64,000 nt of DNA from Desulfatiglandales bacterium (GTDB lineage Bacteria > Desulfobacterota > DSM-4660 > Desulfatiglandales > Desulfatiglandaceae), in assembly GCA_963662465.1 (NCBI GenBank), contig OY759599.1, positions 2,624,001-2,688,000 of the forward strand, read 5' to 3'. Position numbers and translations under genes: made by a program. This document shows positions 37,217 through 48,199 of the stretch, in pieces; the first letter of the stretch is position 1, and each line of letters opens with the position of its first letter. The notes beneath the pieces were generated by a model. The model saw only the letters and a list, made by a program, of their open reading frames with translations. It was not told the DNA's origin and searched no databases.

Positions 37217-39022
37217 TTATTTATCCAGTATGTAGATTGCCCCATTGGTGGCATCCACCTTTATCCGTTGCCCGGTTTTAATCTTTTCGCAGGCAACGAA
37301 GCTGTTTATTATAGTGGGCAATCCATATTCCCTACCGATGATAGCAGTGTGGGAAAGTGTTCCGCCTCTATCCCCGATAATCGCCGCGGCTATCCCAAAG
37401 ACAGGGGTCCAGGATGGAGAGGTGCCGGGGCACACCAGGATTTCACCCGGCTTAAATTTACCAAGATCCTCGTAGTTTATTATCACTCGGGCAATTCCCT
37501 CGGCCTCGCCCGGGCATCCACAAATACCCATAATATCAGCATTAAGGTCCGGTCTCGATGCAGGCAAATCACCAATGATGATCTTGACCGCAATGGGGTC
37601 TAATGCCGGGAGCATATCCTCGCCTACCGCCTCTTCAAATCCACCGGGACGGTCGGTATAAACAGGCGGCCTCCATTCGCCTTCATTTTCAAACTTGCTT
37701 ACCCATCCCTCCCAGTCAGCACGACGTCTCCTTGTTATCCACCGCAAATCATTCATGTGCGGCAAAAGTATGGTACTTTCGATCTCCCATGGGTTCAGCA
37801 TAAAAACATCGTCAGCTTGGTCTATGGCGCCTCCTTCAACAAGCTTCTTCCCGATCGCAAGGTAGCCTCTACGCATTATTGCCTGGATCGTCATTTCGCA
37901 AAAGAGGTCGTGCTCTTCACTGTACACGGTGGCACATTGACCCAGTTTGATCAAGGAGCTGAACCACGCCTTATCCTGGGGTGGAACCCTGTCAAGCATC
38001 TCTTTGACCGCCTTCTCCCTTTTTACTGAGAGTTCCCTTCTTTTCACATCAAGGATGTATTCCTCATCAGCCACTGTACCCCCTGATATGAGGTCTTTTA
38101 TTACCGCTATCGGGGCACTTGGTTTCTCCAGCCAGTAGGGATCAACAAGGTCATTCATACGCACTACCCGCCATCCACGAACCTGCAGGAAGTCCATGAA
38201 TGTTTTTAACCAGTCCTTTCCCTTAGCGTCTTTCTCCAGCGTGGGGATGATAGCCTCAGCATCATTCTCCTTAAAGATATCACTGAGCCCCATCTCAACA
38301 GCCTGCTTGCCTAATAGCCATAACTCTTTGTCGACTTTATATATCTCGTTGTCAAACCCCCTCATCATATCCTGGAATTCAGCCGACTGGTCATTTAGAT
38401 CAAAACGTTTCTTGCACTCCTCCTCAAGGATTATCCAGGCGGAATAGGAGGTCTGCATCCCAAAGAAGTGAATCTCCCACATCGTCCTATAGGCCGCATC
38501 AAGATCCCAACTATGATGCAACAGGTCAAGGCCCGACGCCTTGTCGGGATCAAATTCAATGAGAGACTTATACATATCTAATAGCTTTTTTTTGTTTTTT
38601 TCCCAAATGCCATTAAAATCCTCGATGTACGGGCGTATCGCCTCAGTAAATTTAGCCTCCCGTTGTTTTTTCTCTTCTTCATCTCTGATAACAAGGAAGG
38701 CCACATAAAGACCGCCATCCTTATACCGCCACTCCCAGCCATGGCAAGTAGGCAGGCTCAACGCTGTATTAACCCACTTATTGCCAATGCCGCAATGCCT
38801 AGCCCAGAGATAACCATATAAAGGCGTTACCGGCGGTGAGGAATGTGTCCCATCAAGGAACAATGAGTGAAACATAGGCATATCAACCTCAGGGATAAGG
38901 TCATATCCTGGAGCCATATCCCATATGGCATTCTCCGTTTTGGGCTTTTCAGTTTCCCATTTTTTCCACCTGTCCTCAGGCGATAAATCACCATATGTAC
39001 TCGGCTTTCCATGCTCAGACAT
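37217..39022 (-). CDS. Second PEP-utilising enzyme, phenylphosphate synthase subunit A-like
   Basis: LFLDGTHSSPPVTP, YSEEHD, TSPSWTPVF, DRGGTLSHTAIIGREYGLP. Confidence 0.85.
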   Translation of the reverse strand: MSEHGKPSTYGDLSPEDRWKKWETEKPKTENAIWDMAPGYDLIPEVDMPMFHSLFLDGTHSSPPVTPLYGYLWARHCGIGNKWVNTALSLPTCHGWEWRYKDGGLYVAFLVIRDEEEKKQREAKFTEAIRPYIEDFNGIWEKNKKKLLDMYKSLIEFDPDKASGLDLLHHSWDLDAAYRTMWEIHFFGMQTSYSAWIILEEECKKRFDLNDQSAEFQDMMRGFDNEIYKVDKELWLLGKQAVEMGLSDIFKENDAEAIIPTLEKDAKGKDWLKTFMDFLQVRGWRVVRMNDLVDPYWLEKPSAPIAVIKDLISGGTVADEEYILDVKRRELSVKREKAVKEMLDRVPPQDKAWFSSLIKLGQCATVYSEEHDLFCEMTIQAIMRRGYLAIGKKLVEGGAIDQADDVFMLNPWEIESTILLPHMNDLRWITRRRRADWEGWVSKFENEGEWRPPVYTDRPGGFEEAVGEDMLPALDPIAVKIIIGDLPASRPDLNADIMGICGCPGEAEGIARVIINYEDLGKFKPGEILVCPGTSPSWTPVFGIAAAIIGDRGGTLSHTAIIGREYGLPTIINSFVACEKIKTGQRIKVDATNGAIYILDK

Positions 39023-39111
39023 TTTTCTTCCTCCGTTTTCTAAGGTTTATTTTATCCGCTCGTTCTCGCCTTTTTCCCGTCAACTCATAGCAATCGCCTC
39101 CTCTTATCCCT

Positions 39112-40692
39112 TTAGAACCTGAATTGTATGTTTTTTAGCTTTTTTTTGGCCTCTGACAAGTCAATTTGCTTAAACCCGGTTACTAACTTTTGAGCAAGTT
39201 GGTCAGTAACTGACGCCGACTTTTTTACTGCCACCTTTGCCGCGCGAGTTTGAAGGTAAAATATATTTTGGGGAAACGGGAGATCTTTGTCAATAGCCCA
39301 TTCCATATCCTGCGCACAACCCGCGGTTTCCTCTAAGAACTTGGCTATTTTAGCGATTTCTTTAATCTCTTCATCACTTATGGAGGCTAAGCTTTTCATA
39401 TTTTCAGGCACTTCGGTCCACTCAGCGCCCGTTTCCGTATTCATCACACACTTTTCTTTCTTACCCACATGCTTCGTAATTATTTCAAGCGTCTCTTTAT
39501 CCACAACGAACCCATCGATACTCTCTGTTCCGCTCACGACGCCTTCCCCCAGGCCCCAGTTGGATTCAATAATAATTTTTGAGGCGTCGCCGTTGACGGG
39601 GTTTACCGTAAAACCAATTCCTGAAGCCCGGGCATTAACCATCTTGGGGATGGCAACCCCCAGTTCATCTCCGAGAACGGGAAGATCTTTATTTACCCTA
39701 AATGCAATCCCCCGCGGCGTATAAGCACTGGACCAGACCATTTTTATCTTATCCAGAACATCGTCTATACCGCTCACATTGAGAAAGGTTTCAAACATAC
39801 CCGGCCTGCTTGCCGTCCCTGCCGACCTAACTGAGACGGCCATATCAGGGAGCCCCGCCTTTTCACAGAGGTCACTGTAGTAAACCGTTATGGTATCTTT
39901 AATATCCGGGGGCATATCTTTGGCCTCTATTATGCCCCGAATGGTCTTGCTGATCTTTTCAAACTCCCCTATACCTTTACCTTTAAATTCACCAAGATCC
40001 TTTGCATAGCGTAATATTTCCTCAGATGCGCCGGTTTCGCGGATGAATCTTCGGTATGTATCTATGGAAATCACAAAACCAGGCGGCACAGGGACACCCA
40101 TACGCGTCATTTCTCCAAGATTTGCACACTTTTTCCCGACGATATCATTATATTCAGTTCCTATTTCCTCAAACCAAAGACATAAATTTTTTTTTATTTT
40201 TGTCTTCTGAAGAGACTGTTCAAAATCTTTAAAAAATTTATCTTTCTCTTTCCAATCAGCACCAAACCGATCATCAAAATATGGCGTCAACCGATCAAAA
40301 GAGTTAAGCCACCATAATCGTTTGCCTCCTCCGAGAACGACATCTTCGAGCAACTCTTTGAGTTCCAACATCAATTCCTTGGGCAAAAAAGAGATAGCCC
40401 CAAGTTCGATAGATTTTTTAAGTGCCTCGGGCGTCATTGCATGGGCCGTAAGCATAACCGTTGGAAAGCCTCTTAAATCGGAGATTTTCAGGAGTTCAAA
40501 TCCATTAACGCCCATAATATCTAAGACTACCGCATCATAGCGATTACTCGAAAGAAATTGTACAGCAGTACTGTAATCAACAGCCTTATGAACGGTGCAT
40601 ATATCCAGAAGTTCCTCCACTGAATCGAGGATATCCGGTTCATCGTCAACGACCAGAATGAGCTTGTTTTTTAAAGGACTTCCTGTACTCAT
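39112..40692 (-). CDS. Response-regulator receiver fused to a PEP/pyruvate-binding ATP-grasp domain (phenylphosphate synthase subunit B-like)
   Basis: LVVDDE...VLDIMG...MLTA...FLPK receiver, then VGKKCANLGEM..GVPVPPGF, VSVRSA, PGMFET.LNV, WGLGEGVVSG, QDMEWA, LQTR. Confidence 0.85.
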   Translation of the reverse strand: MSTGSPLKNKLILVVDDEPDILDSVEELLDICTVHKAVDYSTAVQFLSSNRYDAVVLDIMGVNGFELLKISDLRGFPTVMLTAHAMTPEALKKSIELGAISFLPKELMLELKELLEDVVLGGGKRLWWLNSFDRLTPYFDDRFGADWKEKDKFFKDFEQSLQKTKIKKNLCLWFEEIGTEYNDIVGKKCANLGEMTRMGVPVPPGFVISIDTYRRFIRETGASEEILRYAKDLGEFKGKGIGEFEKISKTIRGIIEAKDMPPDIKDTITVYYSDLCEKAGLPDMAVSVRSAGTASRPGMFETFLNVSGIDDVLDKIKMVWSSAYTPRGIAFRVNKDLPVLGDELGVAIPKMVNARASGIGFTVNPVNGDASKIIIESNWGLGEGVVSGTESIDGFVVDKETLEIITKHVGKKEKCVMNTETGAEWTEVPENMKSLASISDEEIKEIAKIAKFLEETAGCAQDMEWAIDKDLPFPQNIFYLQTRAAKVAVKKSASVTDQLAQKLVTGFKQIDLSEAKKKLKNIQFRF

Positions 40693-40832
40693 TGTTTTTT
40701 ACCTCCCTATCATGCATTCCAAGATATTCCATCCCATCAACTTAAGGGTTTAGCCGGACTTTCAACACCGATGACTACCTTTTCTCCTAACCCGGACAAG
40801 CCGGAACCATACAGATTTGAAAAGTTGAAATG

Positions 40833-41201
40833 TCAATCATCAACCAAGATCAAGGCGCCCGGATCACACCATTTCACACACTGGGGGTCCGGCGGGTCCC
40901 CGCAAAAATCACACTTGAGGGGAATTCCCGTATCCGGTTCTTTAAAGGCGGACTTGACCGGGCAGGAGGCCCGGCAAACCACGCACCCATTCACCTCCAC
41001 ACCGTTGATAATATAGTTTTCCTTTGAGTTGCAGCCTGCTTCCGTGTAGGGGCCCGCAATCACCGGGAAACAGACCTCTTCTTTCACAAACACACGAATC
41101 CGGGATCGCTGTGGATTCACGGCTCCCGTATGCTGCAACGAACACGCCACCTGGCACAGCCGACATCCGGTACATTTGGCATAGTCGATTTTAATTCTCA
41201 T
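40833..41201 (-). CDS. 4Fe-4S dicluster protein (AOR electron-transfer partner)
   Basis: CTGCRLCQVAC, CVVCRASCP, KCDFCGD..P.CVKWC. Confidence 0.85.
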   Translation of the reverse strand: MRIKIDYAKCTGCRLCQVACSLQHTGAVNPQRSRIRVFVKEEVCFPVIAGPYTEAGCNSKENYIINGVEVNGCVVCRASCPVKSAFKEPDTGIPLKCDFCGDPPDPQCVKWCDPGALILVDD

Positions 41202-41288
41202 GGGTTGCCCTCCCCTGATGATTGTTGATTGGTGATTGTTGATTGTTGATTGTCGATTGAGAAACGCCGAGTATAAAAATACCAATCA

Positions 41289-43100
41289 TCAATCATCGAA
41301 TACGCCCTCATGCAAACCCAGTTCCGCCAGTTTGTCAGGTCCGGGAATGCCTTTTTCATCCCATCCCCTGAGGGCATAGTATTGGGGCAACATGAGATCC
41401 ATGTGGACCACCTGGCCTTTGACCCGGGGCTCATGGGTCATCCTTCTGGGCAGGGCATCGTCTTTTACGGTAAGCCCGGCTTTCAGGTTAAACAGCCGTT
41501 CCATGTTCCATATCTTTTCACCGATCAACCGCAATTCCTCGCTGCCGTAGTCCAATCCGGTAATCACATTCAGCCATACCTGAAGCTTTTCTCCCCACAG
41601 GGGACCATGATAGATGATCCAGCAAAGAACGGCCGAGTCCACCAGAGCCACATAATCCTGGTCGTGCTTGGTCCATTTCACATGCTCCTCGGGGTCCCGA
41701 CGGCCGTCGTAAAAGGGGAGCGTGGCCTTGGTATGGCTGCCGCCGACGTTGTTGGTGGCATACTGAAGCCCGATAATTTCCACCCCCTGGGGATGCCAGG
41801 CGGGCATGCCCATTCCCTTGACACCCATGAACAGCTCAGGGTGACCGTATTGTTCGGCAACAAATTTTCCGCCTTCGGCGAGTACCTCCCCGAAATCCCG
41901 GCGCACCGCCGTCTTTTTAAGGAGCTCAAACATCGCTTTGGTGTTGCCGAAACCCATGGGGTATCCCAGGTCCTTTTCCGGCAGAAACCCCGATTCAAAC
42001 AGCTCCATGGCGCACGATATGGTGGCGCCGGCGGTGATGGTATCCATTCCCAGTTCATTGCACAGGTAATTGGCCCGACAGATATCATCCAGATCCCCGA
42101 AACCGCAGTTGGATCCCAACAGCGCCATGCTCTCATGTTCCGGCCCCTTGGTGGTCCAATGGTATTCCGAATCCTTGATACGGCTGCGTTTGCTGCACGC
42201 AAAAGGGCAGCCGAAACAGGCTTCATCCCGCACCCGGATGTGATCCCGCACATGATTGGGATCCTCATACCATTCAAAGGCCTTGGAATATCCTTCCTGG
42301 AAATTTTTTGTGGCCTGGGTGCCGCTCTTGTTGGCGCGACCCGGCAGGGCCCAGGTGCCGTACATGCGCCGGTTGTACAAAACGCGATTCACCCTCCCCT
42401 CTTCCAGGAAATCCATGACCGCCTGGCCGAATCCCTTCACATCCGCCACATCCACCTGGCCCGTCCCCCCCGCCACAATGGCTTTGAGGTTTTTGCTCCC
42501 CATGACGGCCCCCAGACCCGAACGACCAGCGGCCCGCCCCCCGTCGGCCATGATACAGGCAAACCGTACAAGGTTTTCCCCGGCGGGACCGATGCTCACA
42601 ATGCTGAGGTCGCTTAATTCCCAGTCATCCAGGGTATCGCTCAACTCTTTCCGGATGGCGTGTTCCGTATCAGTGGTCCATGTGCCCCACAAGTGTTCCG
42701 CCGGACGCAGTTCCACGATCCCGTCTCGAATGTAAAGGTACACGGGGAATGGCGACTGACCTTCAAGAATCAAAACATCATAACCCGCAAATTTCAGGTT
42801 GGGACCGAAATAACCACCGCAACAGGGATTTGCGATGCAATTGCTCAGAGGGGACTTGCTTACCACCACGAAGCGCCCACCGGCGGGAACCCCCGTACCG
42901 GTCAATGGGCCGGTGGCAAAAATCAATTTGTTCAGGGGTCCCAGGGGATCAACCCGGGGGTCCACTTCGTCCATCAGTATTTTAAGCCCGGCACCCCGTC
43001 CCCCGATAAATTCCCGGCACAGATCCGGGGACAAATCTTCAATGGCGCGGTTCCCCGTAGAGAGATCGACTCTCAGAATTTTGCCTTTCCATCCAAACAT
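41289..43100 (-). CDS. aor: Aldehyde:ferredoxin oxidoreductase family (tungstopterin)
   Basis: ILRVDLS, FIGGRG, GPAGENLV, AAGRSGLGAVMGSKNLKAI, CFGCPFAC, GMDTI, YYALRGWD. Confidence 0.9.
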   Translation of the reverse strand: MFGWKGKILRVDLSTGNRAIEDLSPDLCREFIGGRGAGLKILMDEVDPRVDPLGPLNKLIFATGPLTGTGVPAGGRFVVVSKSPLSNCIANPCCGGYFGPNLKFAGYDVLILEGQSPFPVYLYIRDGIVELRPAEHLWGTWTTDTEHAIRKELSDTLDDWELSDLSIVSIGPAGENLVRFACIMADGGRAAGRSGLGAVMGSKNLKAIVAGGTGQVDVADVKGFGQAVMDFLEEGRVNRVLYNRRMYGTWALPGRANKSGTQATKNFQEGYSKAFEWYEDPNHVRDHIRVRDEACFGCPFACSKRSRIKDSEYHWTTKGPEHESMALLGSNCGFGDLDDICRANYLCNELGMDTITAGATISCAMELFESGFLPEKDLGYPMGFGNTKAMFELLKKTAVRRDFGEVLAEGGKFVAEQYGHPELFMGVKGMGMPAWHPQGVEIIGLQYATNNVGGSHTKATLPFYDGRRDPEEHVKWTKHDQDYVALVDSAVLCWIIYHGPLWGEKLQVWLNVITGLDYGSEELRLIGEKIWNMERLFNLKAGLTVKDDALPRRMTHEPRVKGQVVHMDLMLPQYYALRGWDEKGIPGPDKLAELGLHEGVFDD

Positions 43101-43144
43101 AAGGCTCCTTTCAAGCTGTTAGCTATTAGCTTTTTGGCTAAAGG

Positions 43145-46100
43145 CTAATCGCTAAGGGCTAAAAGCAATGAGAAAACCTGTTCCTCATTATTTCCCATCA
43201 CATCCAGCGCCCCACTCCGGCACGATGCCGAACAAAGGCCGCACCCCTTGCACAGGGCAGGGTTCACCACTGCCGTGCCTGTTTCATCGTCCACTTCCAC
43301 CGCATGAAAAGGGCACACCGATTCACAGACGCCGCAGCCCGTACACTTCCGCGAATCCACCCGGGCAATGGCCGCTTCACCCCACATTTCTTCCCGGCTT
43401 AATACGGTCATGGCCCGGGAAGCCGCGGCATGCGCTTGCGCGATGCTCTCACCGATGCGTTTGGGCCCGTGTGCCAGGCCGCACATGAAAACACCGTCCG
43501 TGGGAAAATCCACGGGCCGGAGTTTCATATGGGCTTCCATAAAAAACCCATCCGGGTTCAGGGGAATCTTGAGAGCTTGGGACAATCCATGGTTACCCTC
43601 AGGAGGAATAGTCGCCGCGGCCAGGGACAAAAGATCCGCCTGAAGCATCAATTTCTGCCCCAGGGTCGGTTCGGTCACCACCACCTGGAGCCCGGCATCC
43701 GTCACCTGCACCTGGGGCTTGTCCGCTTCATGATACCGGATGAACATGACCCCCTGATCCGCCGCATCCCGATAGACATTTTCCATGAGGCCGTAGGTCC
43801 GCATATCCCGGTACAGCACGTAAACCTTCATCTCCGGGTTTATCGCTTTTAGTCTTACGGCATTCTTCACCGCCTGCCCGCAACACACCCGGCTGCAGTA
43901 GGGCCGGTCAGCATCCCTCGAACCCACGCACTGAATCATCACCAGAGACCGGCACGATTGTATCCGATCGCTCTTGGCAACCATCTCCTCTTCCAACTCC
44001 AGATGGGTCAGTACCCGATCATCCCGGCCATAGTGGTATTCATCAGGCTGAAATTCCCGAGCCCCGGTGGCCACGATGGTCACGCCATGGGGAATCTCCA
44101 CGGATGTCCGTCGCTCGCCCGTTTCAAGGGTGGTCCGGAAATTTCCCACATACCCTGAAAAGCCCGTGATTTCGGCCTTCGCATGAACCTGAATGAACAG
44201 GTGATGATAAACTTGTTTAATGAGCCCCTTGAGATAAGATACGACATCATCCCCCTCCACCGTGTACCGAAGCCTTCGCGCCATGCCCCCCAGAAAATCG
44301 CTTTTTTCAACCAGATGAACCTTGATTCCCTGGTTTGCCAGGGAAAGGGCGCAAACCATGCCGGATATGCCGCCCCCGATCACCAGGGCGGAACGAAGAA
44401 CGGTATAAGACTGCCGCACCAGGGGAGACAACATTTTCACCTTGGTGGCGGCCATTCGAACCAGGTCTTTCGCTTTCCCCGTGGCCGCCTGTTTTTGTCC
44501 CATATGGACCCAGGCGCAGTGTTCCCGGATATTGGTCATTTCGAAAAGAAAGGGGTTTAGTCCCGCCTGTTTGAGGGCATCCTGAAACACCGGTTCATGG
44601 GTACGGGGCGTACAGGCCGCCACCACCACGCGATTCAAATCTTTTTCCTTGATGGTCTGAACCATTCGCTTGATGGAATCGATGGAACAACTGAACGTAT
44701 CCTCCTGGGCATGGACCACACCCCCCAGTGTCTTTGCGTATGCCACCACATCGGGCACATCCACGCCCTTGATGATGTTGGTGCCGCAGTGACAGACGAA
44801 GACCCCCACCCGCGGGGATTCACCCCGGGTATCCCGCTCGGAGGGATAAGATTTTTCCGACACGAGGGTTCCCCTGGCCCCGGCCACCAGGCCCGCGGCC
44901 ATGGCCGCCGCCCCGCCGGCCATGGTCACGGAATCAGGGATATCCATGGGTCCGGTAAAAACGCCGCAGGCATAGATCCCGGGCCTTTCGGTCTCCATGG
45001 GATGAAGGGCGGATGATTGACAGAAACCGTCTTCAGTGACGGTGATGCCCATCTTTTCCGCCAATAACCGGTTGCTTGCGGGGGATGTGAGACCCACGGA
45101 CAGCACCACCAGATCAAATGCTTCTTCATGAACCCGGGCGCCGTCCAGGCGATACCTGAGGGTGACCGCATGGGTTTCCGGGTCCTCCCCCACAACGGCG
45201 GGTTTGGCCCATTCAAACCGGACCCCTTCCATCCCTTTGGCCCGTTCATAATAACGCTCAAACCCCTTGCCGAATGCCCGTACGTCATTATGAAGGATAA
45301 CCGCTTCCATCGAGGGAATATGCTCCTTGGAAAGGATCACCTGTTTCATGGCATACATGCAGCACACCGATGAGCAATAGGTGTTGCCGGCCGATATATC
45401 CCGAGACCCCACACACTGAATCCATGCAATCTTTTGAGGAGTTGAACCATCGGACGGACGGCGAAGCACACCCAGGTTGGGCCCCGAAGCACTCAGGAGG
45501 CGCTCGTATTCCAGGCTCGTAACCACATTCCGGTACCGGTCATACCCATAAAGACTTTGTTTTAAAGGATCAAACACTTCATAGCCTGGAGAAAGAATGA
45601 TACCGCCCACCCGCACCTCGTGTTCCTGGGCCTGCTGGTGAAAATCAATGGCCCGGCTGTTGCAGGTGGGCACGCAGATTTGGCATTCCTTTCGCTGCAA
45701 AAAAAGACACTGGGCCGGGTCCACCACACTCACCGCCGGCACAGCCTGGGGAAAGGGGAGATGGATGCATTTGACCGTCGCCAGCCCCGCATTGTAATCG
45801 TCCCTGACGTTTATGGGGCAATACTCGGCGCACGTGCCGCACCCGGTACACTTGTCCGCATCCACATAGCGGGGTTGTTGTACCAGATGAACGGTGAAAT
45901 CCCCCGCTTCACCCGAAACCGCATCTACCTGGGTGTCCGTCATAATGGAGATGTTGGGGTTCGTGGCGCATTCCAGAAATTTGGGAGACAGAATGCACAT
46001 GGAACAATCGTTGGTGGGAAAGGTCTTGTCCAGTTGGCTCATCTTTCCACCGATGGAAGAGGCCTTCTCCACCAGGTACACCTTAAACCCTGAATTGGCC

Positions 46101-46210
46101 GCATCCAGAGCCGCCTGTATGCCGCTGACCCCGGCGCCGATGATCATGATGGCGCCGATCTTGTCCTGGGCCGTATGGGGCGTTATGGAACCTGGATCAT
46201 TTTGCGTCAT
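43145..46210 (-). CDS. hdrA: HdrA-like heterodisulfide reductase flavoprotein subunit (two FAD modules)
   Basis: LDKTFPTNDCSMC, QCVGSRD...CSSVCC, VFVCHCG, ACTPRTHE, CSRVCC and C-terminal ferredoxin motifs. Confidence 0.9.
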   Translation of the reverse strand: MTQNDPGSITPHTAQDKIGAIMIIGAGVSGIQAALDAANSGFKVYLVEKASSIGGKMSQLDKTFPTNDCSMCILSPKFLECATNPNISIMTDTQVDAVSGEAGDFTVHLVQQPRYVDADKCTGCGTCAEYCPINVRDDYNAGLATVKCIHLPFPQAVPAVSVVDPAQCLFLQRKECQICVPTCNSRAIDFHQQAQEHEVRVGGIILSPGYEVFDPLKQSLYGYDRYRNVVTSLEYERLLSASGPNLGVLRRPSDGSTPQKIAWIQCVGSRDISAGNTYCSSVCCMYAMKQVILSKEHIPSMEAVILHNDVRAFGKGFERYYERAKGMEGVRFEWAKPAVVGEDPETHAVTLRYRLDGARVHEEAFDLVVLSVGLTSPASNRLLAEKMGITVTEDGFCQSSALHPMETERPGIYACGVFTGPMDIPDSVTMAGGAAAMAAGLVAGARGTLVSEKSYPSERDTRGESPRVGVFVCHCGTNIIKGVDVPDVVAYAKTLGGVVHAQEDTFSCSIDSIKRMVQTIKEKDLNRVVVAACTPRTHEPVFQDALKQAGLNPFLFEMTNIREHCAWVHMGQKQAATGKAKDLVRMAATKVKMLSPLVRQSYTVLRSALVIGGGISGMVCALSLANQGIKVHLVEKSDFLGGMARRLRYTVEGDDVVSYLKGLIKQVYHHLFIQVHAKAEITGFSGYVGNFRTTLETGERRTSVEIPHGVTIVATGAREFQPDEYHYGRDDRVLTHLELEEEMVAKSDRIQSCRSLVMIQCVGSRDADRPYCSRVCCGQAVKNAVRLKAINPEMKVYVLYRDMRTYGLMENVYRDAADQGVMFIRYHEADKPQVQVTDAGLQVVVTEPTLGQKLMLQADLLSLAAATIPPEGNHGLSQALKIPLNPDGFFMEAHMKLRPVDFPTDGVFMCGLAHGPKRIGESIAQAHAAASRAMTVLSREEMWGEAAIARVDSRKCTGCGVCESVCPFHAVEVDDETGTAVVNPALCKGCGLCSASCRSGALDVMGNNEEQVFSLLLALSD

Positions 46211-47365
46211 TTAATTCTCCATCGCCATTTCCACAATCTCTGAAACATCCATGATTTCCAGTTTCCCTTCCATCTCAGAGGTGGCCACGCTGTCCTTGAA
46301 GTTGAGGATGCAGTAGGGGCACGCCGTAACAAGGATATCAGCCCCCTGTTCAATGGCCCGGGCTACCAGGATATCGGAGAATCGCTCGCCTTTAGGGGTT
46401 TCCATCCAGATCCGCCCCCCGCCCCCGCCACAGCAAAGGGTGTTTTCCCGTGCATCCAACTCATCCATCACTTGAAGTCCGGGGATGCTGTTCAGCACAT
46501 TGCGCGGCGCGACATAAATCCCGTTGTGGCGTCCCAGGTAACAGGGGTCATGGTAGACCGCCTTTTTGTTCACTTCCCCTCTAAAAGTGATTTTGCCCTG
46601 CTCGATGAGCCTTTCAAGCACCTGGGTCACATGGGTCACCTTGAAATCGCCCCCCAGCGCCGGGTAGTCATTTTTAAAGGTGGTATAGCAATGGGGAGAT
46701 GTGGCGATGATTTCTTTTACGCCGCTTTTTTGAAACACTTCGATGTTGCTTTTCGCAAGAGACTCAAACACATCCCGGTTGCCCACTTTGCGGACGCTTT
46801 CGCCGCAGCAGCTCTCACGGTTTCCGAGAATGCCGAACTTGACGCCTGCCCTTTGCAGAATCCGTCCCGTGGCACGGGCCACATTCCCGAGACGGGTATC
46901 ATAGGCCGGGACGCAGCATGAGAAGTAAAGCGCCTCATGATCCGCACTGAACGTTTCGATGCCCGTATCCCGCACCCAGTCAGACCGTTTATCCCGCTCG
47001 CCGCCCCAGGGATTGCCTTCACCGGTCAATCCCCCCATGGCGCTTCTGAGACTAGCCGGCGCCATGCGGTATTCGAAATTCAGCAGGATATTGCGAACCG
47101 CCCCCAGAATATCCGTAATGGCCACCCCTCGGGGGCAACGGCTCACGCACTGATTGCAGGTGGTACAAAGCCACCACCCTTCATTTTCCAGATCCACCAG
47201 CCCATACCGGCTTTCACATATCATCCGGTGCGGCATAAAAGTCCGAACCGAATTCCACGGACAACTAGCGGTACACAGGCCGCACTGAAAACACAGCTTG
47301 AACGCTTCACCCCCGGCGTCCCTGATCAGGTCAATGGCTTCTTCAAAAGGCTCGACGGTTTCCAA
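46211..47365 (-). CDS. HdrD-like Fe-S oxidoreductase (4Fe-4S plus two CCG domains)
   Basis: CFQCGLCTASCP, CTTCNQCVSRCP, CCGE, YHDPCYLGRHN, CCGGGGG, ACPYC; TTG start. Confidence 0.88.
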   Translation of the reverse strand: METVEPFEEAIDLIRDAGGEAFKLCFQCGLCTASCPWNSVRTFMPHRMICESRYGLVDLENEGWWLCTTCNQCVSRCPRGVAITDILGAVRNILLNFEYRMAPASLRSAMGGLTGEGNPWGGERDKRSDWVRDTGIETFSADHEALYFSCCVPAYDTRLGNVARATGRILQRAGVKFGILGNRESCCGESVRKVGNRDVFESLAKSNIEVFQKSGVKEIIATSPHCYTTFKNDYPALGGDFKVTHVTQVLERLIEQGKITFRGEVNKKAVYHDPCYLGRHNGIYVAPRNVLNSIPGLQVMDELDARENTLCCGGGGGRIWMETPKGERFSDILVARAIEQGADILVTACPYCILNFKDSVATSEMEGKLEIMDVSEIVEMAMEN

Positions 47366-47434
47366 CCTGCAACTCCCGTGAAAAAATGTGGATTTTTTTC
47401 ACTCTTCACTCTTCACTTTTCACTCTTCACTCAA

Positions 47435-48199
47435 TCAATGCATATACCGCCCACCATCCACCACCAAAGTCTGCCCGGTGATGAAATCACTTTCCGAAGA
47501 CGCCAGATAAAGGGCGGCGCCCGTCACATCTTCAGGGGTTCCCAGCCGCTTGAGCGGGGTTTTGGATGTATCGTATTTCGTGATATCCGCCAGGGAACGG
47601 CTGGCCTCCGTATCCGTAAAACCGGGGGCAATGGCGTTGATGCAAATGTTATGGGGACCCAGTTCAACGGCCAGGGCCCTTGTCAACGCCAGGATGCCGC
47701 CCTTTGATGTTACGTAGTGCACAAAGCCGTGGGAACCGGTAAAGACGGTTTCGGAGCAAAGATTGATGATTTTCCCATATGCCGCCTGCTTCATGAAGGG
47801 GTACACGGCCCGCGTGGCAATGAAAGCGCCCTTGACATTCACCCCCATGACCCGGTCCCATTCGTCCAAAGAAATTTCATCAAAGGGTTTTCTGACCAAC
47901 CCGTCATAGATGGCCGCATTGTTGATCAGAATATCGATCTTGCCGTATTGGCCATTGGTTTTTTCCGCCAGGGCCCGGCAGTCCGACTCGCTGGTCACAT
48001 CCCCTTCAAAGAATTGCGCCTCGCCACCCGCTTCTTCGATCAACGAAACGGTCTCTTTCATATCTTCGAAGTCTTTTTCCGAAAACACGATGTTCATGAC
48101 CATGACCCGTGCACCCTCTTGTGCTAATCGAAGCGCGAAGGCCCTGCCCAGACCTCTGGCGCCGCCGGTCACAATGGCTGTCCTGTCCTTCAATCGCAT
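47435..48199 (-). CDS. Short-chain dehydrogenase/reductase
   Basis: TGGARGLG, NNAA, YVTSK, IAPG; probable start MRLKDR at 48199. Confidence 0.92.
   Translation of the reverse strand: MRLKDRTAIVTGGARGLGRAFALRLAQEGARVMVMNIVFSEKDFEDMKETVSLIEEAGGEAQFFEGDVTSESDCRALAEKTNGQYGKIDILINNAAIYDGLVRKPFDEISLDEWDRVMGVNVKGAFIATRAVYPFMKQAAYGKIINLCSETVFTGSHGFVHYVTSKGGILALTRALAVELGPHNICINAIAPGFTDTEASRSLADITKYDTSKTPLKRLGTPEDVTGAALYLASSESDFITGQTLVVDGGRYMH

Noticed and set aside
43145..46210. Selenocysteine in HdrA
   Set aside because: The frame is open with Cys at the relevant motifs and has no internal TGA.
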